Below, in pieces: positions 27,881-36,852 of a DNA stretch of 64,000 bases; positions within the stretch are counted from its first letter, which is position 1; the number at the start of each line of letters is the position of its first letter. The position numbers and the translations under genes were made by a program. The DNA comes from Escherichia phage LF82-41. The stretch lies in the sequence record PV660463; one strand, 5' to 3'. The notes beneath the pieces were generated by a model, which saw nothing but the letters and a program-made list of their open reading frames with translations, searched no databases and had not been told where the DNA came from.

Positions 27881-29319
27881 AATTTTAACTCATTGGCTAA
27901 GCTATCTAGGTCAGCACGTGTTGCTTTGGCTTTACCTACGCGTTCCGTACGATTCACCTCTGCCTGACGCATCTGAGCACCTGCGTTTTCATTTACTGTG
28001 TTAGGTGTGTTCATGCCTTCTTGCTCAATCTCAATCCATTTCTGGTTGCCTTTACGTACACCCATCAAGAACTTGTTCCACTTATTCTTATCACCGTATC
28101 GTGATTTGATTTGTTTGATAAGTTGTTGTTCAGCTTGTGCAAGTTCTTCAGTTTCAATTACAGCCAACATGAAATCTGCTGTTGCTGGTAAACCTGCTGA
28201 TTCTGCAATATCACTCATGTTCATGTCTGAAGCATCCCATGCTGCACGTCCTACTTGAGCTGCAGTCCATAGAACTGTTTCAGATTCTACTGCTAATGCA
28301 CGAAGTTCTTCTGCGATAGCTTTAACTAATGTGTAGCTATTTTCAGTGTAAACTCTGATACGACAAGACCCACAAATACCTAAGTAATCAACCATGATTA
28401 CAGATGGCACAAAGTTCTTCTTGAGTTTCAATTCATTAAGCAATGCACGAAATGTATTAGCATTAGCTCCACCGGTAGGATACTGTTTAACTACTAAACG
28501 TCCTAATGTTGTTTTTGAACGCCATTTTTCCATCTTGGCTTTATATTCAGCATAAGATACGTTACCATCATCGATATCATCGAGTGATACGTCAAGCATG
28601 TTTGCATCTATACGCTTAGCACAAACTTCTTCAGCCATTTCCATGGAAATATAAAGAACATTATGTCCTGTTTGAAGATAATCTGCAGCAAGTGAACAAA
28701 GGCCTAAAGATTTGCCGACGTTAACACCGGCCATTAAAACATTCAGTGTACCGGTTTCAGCACCACCTTTAGTGATTTTATTCAAAATGTTTAATTTGAA
28801 CGGGACCTTACGTGCTTTATTTAGATAAGAAAGCCAGCGTGCTTCATAGTCTTCCATCCAGTCATGACCAACATAACTATCAAACGAAATTGAAAGTGCT
28901 TGACGCATAATATCAGGAATAGCTCCTACGTCAGGCATTTTCTTGTTACGTTGTTCTGGAGGTAGTTCAGCATTAGACTGAATCTCAATGATTTTGGATG
29001 TAGCATTATACATCGCTTTTTGCTGGACATATTTCTCAGTTTCTTTAACCAACCATTCGTGGTCTTCAGGAGTATCAGCCAATTTTTCAATTAGGTCTGA
29101 AGTTCCTTTATATTCGGCTTCAGTTAAAGAACTGTTATCTAAAGCCACCTTTAATGCGTTGATAGATGGCATTGCATTATATTCGTTAACGTGGCTCTTT
29201 ATAATTTTAAAGACATTTTTTGCCGGTCCACGCTCAAAGTAATCAGAATCCATATAAGGCCAGACCTTAGAAAAATAAGCCTGGTCGTATACGAGATGAG
29301 ACAAAATAATTTCTACCAC
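27877..29319 (-). CDS. 41: replicative DNA helicase (DnaB-like)
   Basis: 480 aa; Walker A GVNVGKS; T4 gp41 size and synteny. Confidence 0.9.
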   Translation of the reverse strand: MVEIILSHLVYDQAYFSKVWPYMDSDYFERGPAKNVFKIIKSHVNEYNAMPSINALKVALDNSSLTEAEYKGTSDLIEKLADTPEDHEWLVKETEKYVQQKAMYNATSKIIEIQSNAELPPEQRNKKMPDVGAIPDIMRQALSISFDSYVGHDWMEDYEARWLSYLNKARKVPFKLNILNKITKGGAETGTLNVLMAGVNVGKSLGLCSLAADYLQTGHNVLYISMEMAEEVCAKRIDANMLDVSLDDIDDGNVSYAEYKAKMEKWRSKTTLGRLVVKQYPTGGANANTFRALLNELKLKKNFVPSVIMVDYLGICGSCRIRVYTENSYTLVKAIAEELRALAVESETVLWTAAQVGRAAWDASDMNMSDIAESAGLPATADFMLAVIETEELAQAEQQLIKQIKSRYGDKNKWNKFLMGVRKGNQKWIEIEQEGMNTPNTVNENAGAQMRQAEVNRTERVGKAKATRADLDSLANELKF

Positions 29320-29328
29320 GATAACTCC

Positions 29329-29670
29329 TTAAAAGAATTTAAATTTTTTCTTGGTTCGTTCATTAAAAGCTTGTTGTACTTGCATTGTAACACATTTTTC
29401 AACATGTGGTGCAAGTTCTGCTTTTCTGTCCTGGTCAAGAACTGCAAAGTCCATTACGATTTTACCATCAACCCAGTCTAGTTTTGTAATATAGACTATA
29501 TGATGGGAACCGTCTTCAAGTGTAATCAGAATCTCTTGAATGACATTTTCCATTGCTGAACGGACAATTTTAAGAGATTCATTAAACACTCGTTCTTTGC
29601 GAATGTCCTCCCCTTCCGAAGAAGGGGATTCATCAACGATTTCTAGATTTAAATCATCGAGATTATTCAT
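29329..29670 (-). CDS. 40: gene 40-like protein (position-based; start at internal Met)
   Basis: about 113 aa between 41 and uvsX. Confidence 0.45.
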   Translation of the reverse strand: MNNLDDLNLEIVDESPSSEGEDIRKERVFNESLKIVRSAMENVIQEILITLEDGSHHIVYITKLDWVDGKIVMDFAVLDQDRKAELAPHVEKCVTMQVQQAFNERTKKKFKFF

Positions 29671-30835
29671 CGAAATCTTCCATTTCGTCAAGGTCGTTTT
29701 CAATATCTGCTGCAGACGGAGCATCAGAAGCTTTAACAGGAACTTTAGTTGTTGCTTTGCAATTAATAAGGTCGTTAACAGCGTCATCAACTTCTTTAAT
29801 AGAAGAGATAGCACCTAGTTTATATTTAGTTTCAATTGCATCTCGGAAAGGTTTGTGTTTAAACAACGGTCCCCAGAATTCTACACAATCAGTAGCTTTA
29901 GCACGCCACGATTTCTCTTCACGAATCATTTCGCCTGTTTCTTCGTCAAGGAATTCACGAGCATACCAACCGGCTTTAGGCTTAACAACAAATCCAATTT
30001 CAGTTGCCATTTCTAACAAGCCACTGAATGGGTCGATACCACCATCAAAATTAACTGTGATTGGGAAAGTAGATTTCTCTTTAACTGTACGAGATTTTTC
30101 TGCTTTCAACGTGAAGTCATAACCGGTCAATTCTGTACCTTCTTTAACCTGACGTTTAGAGATAAAGAATACAGTGTTAGCAGAATAAAGAATACCTGTA
30201 CCACCGCCCATAATCTCTTTAGGATACAATCCGCCAATTTCCATTGCGGTATGGTTAATTGCAACACACGGAATATCTTTAATAGTCAGATACGGGGTCA
30301 CAATACGGAAAAGAGATTTAAGTGCCTTAGCACGAGACATATCACCTACAACTTTCTCGTTCAATGCATCTTCAGTTTCTTTCTTAGATGCAGTATTACC
30401 GATTGAATCGATAAAGATAATAACTTTATCACCGCGTTCAATCGCGTCAAGCTGATTAGTCATATCAACTTTAAGTTGTTCGACTGACTGAATTGGTGTA
30501 TGAACTACACGGTCTAAATCAACACCCATTGAACGAAAATAAGATTCTGAAGCACCAAATTCTGAATCATAGAACAAACAGATTGCATCTTTATATTTCT
30601 TCATATACGCTGCAACCATAGTTAGTCCAAACAACGTTTTAAAGTGTTTAGAAGGAGCAGCAAAAATAGTCAAGCCTGATTGCAATCCTGCATTCAGAGC
30701 ACCACCTAGTGCAATATTCAACATCGGAATACGAGTAGGGACTTCATCACGATTATTAAACAGCTTAGACTTAGTCAAGTCTGCAGTCATTTTAGAAGTA
30801 GAAGCTTTAATCAGACGAGATTTTAAATCAGACAT
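29663..30835 (-). CDS. uvsX: UvsX recombinase (RecA-like)
   Basis: 390 aa; RecA fold features; T4 UvsX size and synteny. Confidence 0.9.
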   Translation of the reverse strand: MSDLKSRLIKASTSKMTADLTKSKLFNNRDEVPTRIPMLNIALGGALNAGLQSGLTIFAAPSKHFKTLFGLTMVAAYMKKYKDAICLFYDSEFGASESYFRSMGVDLDRVVHTPIQSVEQLKVDMTNQLDAIERGDKVIIFIDSIGNTASKKETEDALNEKVVGDMSRAKALKSLFRIVTPYLTIKDIPCVAINHTAMEIGGLYPKEIMGGGTGILYSANTVFFISKRQVKEGTELTGYDFTLKAEKSRTVKEKSTFPITVNFDGGIDPFSGLLEMATEIGFVVKPKAGWYAREFLDEETGEMIREEKSWRAKATDCVEFWGPLFKHKPFRDAIETKYKLGAISSIKEVDDAVNDLINCKATTKVPVKASDAPSAADIENDLDEMEDFDE

Positions 30836-30933
30836 TGTATTTTTCCATAGGCATCATTATATTTTACTCATGTTTAAAAGATAAAACGATTATATACTAA
30901 GGGTTATACAGCATTTAAAACTTTAAATGGCTC

Positions 30934-31482
30934 TTAACGAGCCCATTTAATGATTTCTGTAATCAAATTATTACGTTCGCTTGCATTAAATCCTATAACT
31001 TTGTTAGAACCATCATGATTAAGTAATTGATACGTTTGGATTTTGTTATGAATTGCAAACTCTTCAAAATGTGAAATGACTGTATTAAAACCGAATGAAG
31101 ACAAAGTAATAAGGTCGTCTTCAAAACTTTCAGTCATTTCGTTACGTGTTAAAATAATTGTGAACACATCATGGTTTTGGCAAAGACGAACATAATCCTG
31201 TTCATAAACGTCAAGAACCGAGTCCGCATCTTGTCGAATACGTCCATAAACCCAGTTACTAATATATCCACGGTCTAATAGATAAATCTTAGTAGGGTCT
31301 AAATAATTCAACATCGTTTCGAAACAGCCAACTTCATTTCGAGACTTAACATCGAAACGCCCATCAACTGTTCGTTTAGGGAAATCAATCTTTACATATC
31401 TTTCACTAATTTCCATTATGTCATTAATGAAAGTTGTTTTACCAGCATTATCCGGCCCGTCTACTAAAATAATTTTAGCCAT
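30934..31482 (-). CDS. P-loop kinase-like protein (182 aa)
   Basis: Walker A ILVDGPDNAGKTT at N-terminus; sits in T4 beta-gt slot. Confidence 0.55.
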   Translation of the reverse strand: MAKIILVDGPDNAGKTTFINDIMEISERYVKIDFPKRTVDGRFDVKSRNEVGCFETMLNYLDPTKIYLLDRGYISNWVYGRIRQDADSVLDVYEQDYVRLCQNHDVFTIILTRNEMTESFEDDLITLSSFGFNTVISHFEEFAIHNKIQTYQLLNHDGSNKVIGFNASERNNLITEIIKWAR

Positions 31483-31483
31483 T

Positions 31484-32383
31484 TTATTCCTCGATTACGA
31501 CATCTTCGTATTTAGGTATATTATACGGCGAAGAAATTAAAGCATTAAAGTAGATGAACTCACCAAGACCTGGATGGAATACTTCTTCAGGATTTTCGAA
31601 ATATTGAATCTTCGGACGTCCTTTAAGAATTTGATAGTACTCAGTTTTAGTTGGATTAAAAATTCGAATCAGCGCTTCTTCAGGATACTTATTTCTGTCG
31701 AAACTATTATTTGGATCAGTTATATAAAGCGGTTGACCTAATTGAATTGCGCATTCAACAACTTGTTCAAAACGATAGCATGGGTCACTAATTCGAAATG
31801 GATGAAAAATACCATCTAGATGAATAGGAGCCAAATCACCTACAAGACGCTGCATGACGGAAGGACGTATAACTTTCTGCGTTACGATAATCTTATTACC
31901 ATCTGCACCTGCGTTAACCAGCACTTCTTTTTGACGTTCATTCAACACAGTAGTTTGAAGTGAACGATTAACAGACAACATGTCGGTTTTTAAGAATTCA
32001 TCAATATAAAAACGTGGTTTATTAGGGTCTGCAGTGATATTGAAATTGAATTCTACATCAAAAGCGCCGTCATATCCAGTGATATCTGTGATTAGAAAAT
32101 CACAATCATAATAAGCAATTAATGAATCAACCACAAATTCATTTTCAGACCAAAAATATTTACGAGTATTATACGCGTTATCTTTATACCATAATGGAAC
32201 AAACTTAAATTCTGGGAAAAGACGTTCGCATTCTTTAATATCAGATGCATTACGTGGATATGTAATCACATCACCCGGATTAGCACGGTGCAAATGAAGT
32301 TGGAAGTTGCCATCCTTAAGGATAGCATACTGTCCAGTTTCATAAGACCGCATACTCAAGATAGGTACGCGGAAAATAGCCAT
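31484..32383 (-). CDS. hypothetical protein (299 aa), beta-gt slot
   Basis: ORF track; tight packing with neighbours; no motif recognised. Confidence 0.55.
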   Translation of the reverse strand: MAIFRVPILSMRSYETGQYAILKDGNFQLHLHRANPGDVITYPRNASDIKECERLFPEFKFVPLWYKDNAYNTRKYFWSENEFVVDSLIAYYDCDFLITDITGYDGAFDVEFNFNITADPNKPRFYIDEFLKTDMLSVNRSLQTTVLNERQKEVLVNAGADGNKIIVTQKVIRPSVMQRLVGDLAPIHLDGIFHPFRISDPCYRFEQVVECAIQLGQPLYITDPNNSFDRNKYPEEALIRIFNPTKTEYYQILKGRPKIQYFENPEEVFHPGLGEFIYFNALISSPYNIPKYEDVVIEE

Positions 32384-33099
32384 TAGTCAAGGAATCCTTT
32401 AACATAATCAAAATCACGTTCAAACACATGGGCACTTACCATGGTATGAGTATAATCACCAACTTCTACACCACATTCGTTAGCGATATAATGAAGTAAT
32501 TTTCCTTGGAGATAAAAATCCAACTGCATAACAACAGCACAGTTCTGGGAACGCATATGACAGTGGGTATAAAGCTTACCGTCACGAATATAATAAGTCA
32601 CTGAGTCAGTACATGGATATTCAAGCGTTTCGTCCGAATCAAGCAAAGCCTGATCAGAACTTTCTAAAATTTGGAACACAACTCTTCGAGAGTTAGGCTT
32701 CTCTTTAAGTTCTTTTAGAAGAGCCGGTAATTGGGCCGCAATGCGAGGACCATAGAAAGTGTTGAAGTTCGCCGGCAAAGCATCCGATTTTGGTTTAGAA
32801 ATAAATTTAGCGACATTAGGATATGCCTTAAACGCTTCTTCTGCATCAGTACCACCAGAAATCATAAACTTCCAGAAGTCTTCAGCATATTCATAAGAGA
32901 TGCGGTTAATACGTGGGTCGGTCATTTTGAATGATGATGGAGTGTCAACAACTACTGTCATAGACCCAATTTCATTACAACGTCCAATACGAGAATCAGT
33001 TACGAATTCTGGGTTTTCTAAAATTTCACGATTGACTGCTTTAAATGCGGATTGAAAATCTGCGGCTTTGATATATTTCATTGTGTTATGTTTTCCCAT
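32383..33099 (-). CDS. thymidylate synthase-family pyrimidine hydroxymethylase-like enzyme (divergent gp42-like)
   Basis: 238 aa; NSRRVVFQI and EYPCTDSVTYYIRDGKLYTHCHMRSQNCAVV align with T4 gp42 DSRRGIMIY / FMCTNTVQYLIRDKKINAVVNMRSND. Confidence 0.65.
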   Translation of the reverse strand: MGKHNTMKYIKAADFQSAFKAVNREILENPEFVTDSRIGRCNEIGSMTVVVDTPSSFKMTDPRINRISYEYAEDFWKFMISGGTDAEEAFKAYPNVAKFISKPKSDALPANFNTFYGPRIAAQLPALLKELKEKPNSRRVVFQILESSDQALLDSDETLEYPCTDSVTYYIRDGKLYTHCHMRSQNCAVVMQLDFYLQGKLLHYIANECGVEVGDYTHTMVSAHVFERDFDYVKGFLD

Positions 33100-33141
33100 G
33101 TTTACCTCAATACAATTTATTATATACTCGATTCGTAAAGC

Positions 33142-33381
33142 TTATTTGAATTTCTTGGCAATGTTGGTATACCGTAAAGCTTCAGCATCGATACTTCCAA
33201 GAACACTGTGAAGAAATGCATCAGCGTAGTATTCCAATCGAACAGGTTCTTTAATCATTTTAGCCGCTTTGGTTTCAAACAGGCCCATAAGGGCCTTTTT
33301 AAGAATTTGTTCGCTGCTGTTAATTTTTATAGTCAAAATCTCTTCGTTAAGTTGGTGGTTAAAAGTTTTTCTAGAAATCAT
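33142..33381 (-). CDS. hypothetical protein (79 aa)
   Basis: ORF track. Confidence 0.45.
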   Translation of the reverse strand: MISRKTFNHQLNEEILTIKINSSEQILKKALMGLFETKAAKMIKEPVRLEYYADAFLHSVLGSIDAEALRYTNIAKKFK

Positions 33382-34538
33382 TCTGGGTACCTCAAAGCGT
33401 CATCAGAGTTAGTTATATCAATAATAGATATAGAGTTTTCTGCTAACCCGTTTTTAGATAACTGACGTTTATAATATCTTTCACAATATGTACACGTCGT
33501 CCCACAGATTTCATTAGCACAATCGAAATCTGGATGTCTGAACCACCTTTTTTCTAAAAAGCCATCTAACAAAGAGGTTTCAATATTTACTGTATGTGAA
33601 AACTCAGTTTCATTTTCAAGAGTGAAAATAGTCTCTAAAGGCTTCCACAGTTCTAACAAATTACCTTCAAACTTTTCAGAAGCGTATGCTTCAAGAACTT
33701 TCAAAATGTAGTCTGTGCTACCTGTACGTCCTGAAACTTTGAATTGAGTGATACCAATATCATTATAAAGTTTCAAATCTTGAGGACGAACAAAACGAGT
33801 TCTCAACCAGTTAAATGGGTCTGTATCACGAGCTTTAATACAGTGCTGCATAGGATACCCATTTAAGGATTTAGCATCATCAGCGGTAACATCAGTACTA
33901 TGGAAAATATAGCAAGAGTCACGATAACTACAATGTGTTGTATACCCTTTACCAGCATTAGAACAGAACTCATTTACAAGAACTTCAAATATTATATTGT
34001 TCTTATTGCAAAACTCTGCTGCACGCTTCAGGAAAGAAACTGAACGGTTCTTATGAATTCCGCAACAGACCTTTTTGATGTTATATTGGTCGTGCAAGTA
34101 TTTGATTTGAGTTACAGCATCGACATGTAGAATTGTTGAAACTTCAATCTCAATATCTTTATTGACTTCACGAACAATTTCCATAACAACAGGGTTAGCG
34201 ATAGTAATACGCCATACGCCTATTGACCAAAGATACTGAACATAATCCTGAATAGCTTTCTTCTTCCACTCAACTAGTTCTCTTTTTGAACCAGGATTTA
34301 TCGTGTTGAGTGTATAGTTAAAGCAAATACCTAATTCGTTACAACGTTTAACGTAGTCTTCTAACATCTTTTTGTCAACGTCAGGAAGCCTAAAATCAGG
34401 TCTGGCTGCTACAAAAGCCATTTCTCTTGTAGAGCCATATACTTCGTTTATCAAGCTATTAGGATAAGTTTTATTGAGCTCTACGATTTTATCAAGAAGA
34501 GCTAAATCAAAATTCGTTCCGATTTTAAAAGTATTCAT
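33378..34538 (-). CDS. Cys-rich protein (386 aa), possible Fe-S/U32-like enzyme
   Basis: C-terminal C-x3-C-x3-C-x2-C (CANEICGTTCTYC); internal EFCSNAGKGYTTHCSY loosely resembles U32 signature; tentative. Confidence 0.5.
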   Translation of the reverse strand: MNTFKIGTNFDLALLDKIVELNKTYPNSLINEVYGSTREMAFVAARPDFRLPDVDKKMLEDYVKRCNELGICFNYTLNTINPGSKRELVEWKKKAIQDYVQYLWSIGVWRITIANPVVMEIVREVNKDIEIEVSTILHVDAVTQIKYLHDQYNIKKVCCGIHKNRSVSFLKRAAEFCNKNNIIFEVLVNEFCSNAGKGYTTHCSYRDSCYIFHSTDVTADDAKSLNGYPMQHCIKARDTDPFNWLRTRFVRPQDLKLYNDIGITQFKVSGRTGSTDYILKVLEAYASEKFEGNLLELWKPLETIFTLENETEFSHTVNIETSLLDGFLEKRWFRHPDFDCANEICGTTCTYCERYYKRQLSKNGLAENSISIIDITNSDDALRYPE

Positions 34539-34595
34539 TTTTTTTGCATCTCGCGTTAATTGATGCGATGGTTTTTGCAGGTCTTACTTAAATTA

Positions 34596-34997
34596 TTATA
34601 GATTCGGTTTATATGATTTAAATGTTTCGAATTCGCCTTTATTCATAAGAGCTTTGAATTCGTCAGGACGCATAGCTTTGTCGTCGATAATCCAATCATA
34701 TACTGGTTTATGTGTTAGCAAATTATGGTACTTCAAACCAATGTTTTCCAAGTTCTGAATCAGACTTGGGAGAATGTCAATTGCTATACGTCCAGGACCT
34801 ACTGACTTCATACCGCGAGCAGTGTAAAGCGTTATGGTATGCCCTGCATCATACAGGGCATTAATGGCGGTCACCATTTCGACGTCTGGTTTGAAGTTCA
34901 CGTAATCACGATTGTTATTCCACTCTGTTATACAATCATCGACATCAAAACAAAGATTAAGCATGTTTTCTACACGGTGCATTAGATTCGTTCCCAT
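34596..34997 (-). CDS. HAD-superfamily phosphatase-like protein (133 aa)
   Basis: N-terminal FDVDDCIT resembles HAD motif I. Confidence 0.5.
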   Translation of the reverse strand: MGTNLMHRVENMLNLCFDVDDCITEWNNNRDYVNFKPDVEMVTAINALYDAGHTITLYTARGMKSVGPGRIAIDILPSLIQNLENIGLKYHNLLTHKPVYDWIIDDKAMRPDEFKALMNKGEFETFKSYKPNL

Positions 34998-36667
34998 TGA
35001 TGAGTGATATCGCCACCGATTGGACGATAAGAAACACCAGTTTCTTTATCAGTTAGTACCCATTTACCAGGATTTTTTGTAATCAGAGTAGCCGTTACAG
35101 GTTCTGCTACGTCATAACTAATAGAGCCGTCTTGAAGTACACGGCCCATGTTATGTAATTGCTTAGTCAGAAGTTCCATACCTTTATAATATGCGGCTAC
35201 CGCTTTAAGTGGATTATTCTTGAAATAACCACCTAATGCAATCCAGATAATTGCTACAGCCAAATGATGATACTCGTTAAACGAACTCATCTTTCCATAT
35301 TTGTAAACTAATGGATTGATGTTAATAGTCACATTACAAGTTGTTTCATCAATAGTAAACTGTCCCCAGGTCGGATTAGCATTGAATTCATCATAACCTG
35401 AAACAGCATAAAGCACTTTAGCTTCATCATATAATTTTGGCCCGTAAATCTTGGTTTCACCAAAATATCCACGAGGGTCGATAAACTTGACTTCGCCGTT
35501 ATCAGTAATCATAGTATTACTGAAGTTTGGGTCGCCGTGAATAACAGAGTACTGTCCCTGAGAACGGTTATGATAACGAATAAGATGTTCTAAAGCTTGT
35601 TTCAACATTGGCTTCAGACGTCCAATCTTAGTGTAGTTCACGTGTGTGATTTTACCAAATGAATCAATCAATGGCTGAATGCTTTCACAACGATCAATAA
35701 CTTTCGTATAGAACTCTTTAGTGAAATCACGGCGAACAGTTTCAGGACTTACAAAATAAGTGTCTGTGCTGAATTTCAGTGCATCTAAAATTGCATCAAC
35801 AATTTGTGGACGAGCAAGACTTGATTTGGATTTAATATATTCAAATGCCGGCTTACCTTTAATACGTTCCATTTCAAAATTATTTTCATTTACCGAAACT
35901 AACTGTGGAACTGAATCTGATTTCACTTTCAAATACCACGAAATCTCATCTTTCTGAAGAGCCCGTCCCTGTTCGGTTAATGCGAATTTAGTTACAGTTT
36001 CTTCACCAATTTCAACTGCATTAAAACTACGATTAAGTTCACGAACTTCATGAGCTTTTTCAAGTTTAGGCATATCACCTAAATCAATTATATTCATAAG
36101 CTCTGATTTATTGAATGCGCCGCTGTAAAGGAATTCTACGAAATCACGTCCTTTGCAGTATTCATGAATTTCCTCATCAGTAGAACCCATATAGAATTCC
36201 CAGTCTTTGAACTGATAAATTCCTACAACATTACCACCTGTTGAACCTACGTTAGTGATATTTTCACCGTCGAAATTATATCGACATTCGTCACCCTTAA
36301 CATAGATTGCGTTAACATTCCAAGACCATGAACCAAAATCAGGAATAATATCGCACCAGTTAACAACTACGTTATGGCCGTCTAAATCTTTATGTAATTT
36401 AGCAAGAGCATAAGCAGAACCATACGCTTCATCAACTGTACGAATAGTCACATTGAACCCTTCTTGCTCACAATAAGCTCGAACGGTTTCAGCAAATTTT
36501 GAATGAACTACTACAATAATTTCATCTGCGCCAAGGTCAGAATAAATTGTATACAAATTGCTCAGAATAGTGTCTTGTTTATAGTTAACAAGCACCTTAG
36601 GAATATGGTGAGTAATTGGATATAAACGAGTTGCTAATCCAGCACCAAGAATAACAGCTTTTTTCAT
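34982..36667 (-). CDS. bifunctional sugar-phosphate nucleotidyltransferase / APH-like kinase
   Basis: 561 aa; N-terminal MKKAVILGAGLATRLYP...PKVLV NTP-transferase signature; C-terminal VIHGDPNFSNTMITDNGEVKFIDPRGYFG kinase motif. Confidence 0.65.
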   Translation of the reverse strand: MKKAVILGAGLATRLYPITHHIPKVLVNYKQDTILSNLYTIYSDLGADEIIVVVHSKFAETVRAYCEQEGFNVTIRTVDEAYGSAYALAKLHKDLDGHNVVVNWCDIIPDFGSWSWNVNAIYVKGDECRYNFDGENITNVGSTGGNVVGIYQFKDWEFYMGSTDEEIHEYCKGRDFVEFLYSGAFNKSELMNIIDLGDMPKLEKAHEVRELNRSFNAVEIGEETVTKFALTEQGRALQKDEISWYLKVKSDSVPQLVSVNENNFEMERIKGKPAFEYIKSKSSLARPQIVDAILDALKFSTDTYFVSPETVRRDFTKEFYTKVIDRCESIQPLIDSFGKITHVNYTKIGRLKPMLKQALEHLIRYHNRSQGQYSVIHGDPNFSNTMITDNGEVKFIDPRGYFGETKIYGPKLYDEAKVLYAVSGYDEFNANPTWGQFTIDETTCNVTININPLVYKYGKMSSFNEYHHLAVAIIWIALGGYFKNNPLKAVAAYYKGMELLTKQLHNMGRVLQDGSISYDVAEPVTATLITKNPGKWVLTDKETGVSYRPIGGDITHQWERI

Positions 36668-36708
36668 GTTGAAGTCCTCATCGGTAAGTAGGTGTATTGT
36701 ACACTATT

Positions 36709-36852
36709 CTAGTTAAAGCATTCATACTTTGCCTGTAGACCAATCATAATCCATCCAATTACAAGTGTTGGAATCATTACCGGAGCCGTTAAGCTCCAGT
36801 AGATAGTCATGACAAGCATCAATAGTAAAAGTCCTATTGTTATTGCTTTCAT
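36709..36852 (-). CDS. small membrane protein (47 aa)
   Basis: Manual translation MKAITIGLLLLMLVMTIYWSLTAPVMIPTLVIGWIMIGLQAKYECFN; ATGA overlap with SIS gene stop. Confidence 0.35.
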   Translation of the reverse strand: MKAITIGLLLLMLVMTIYWSLTAPVMIPTLVIGWIMIGLQAKYECFN

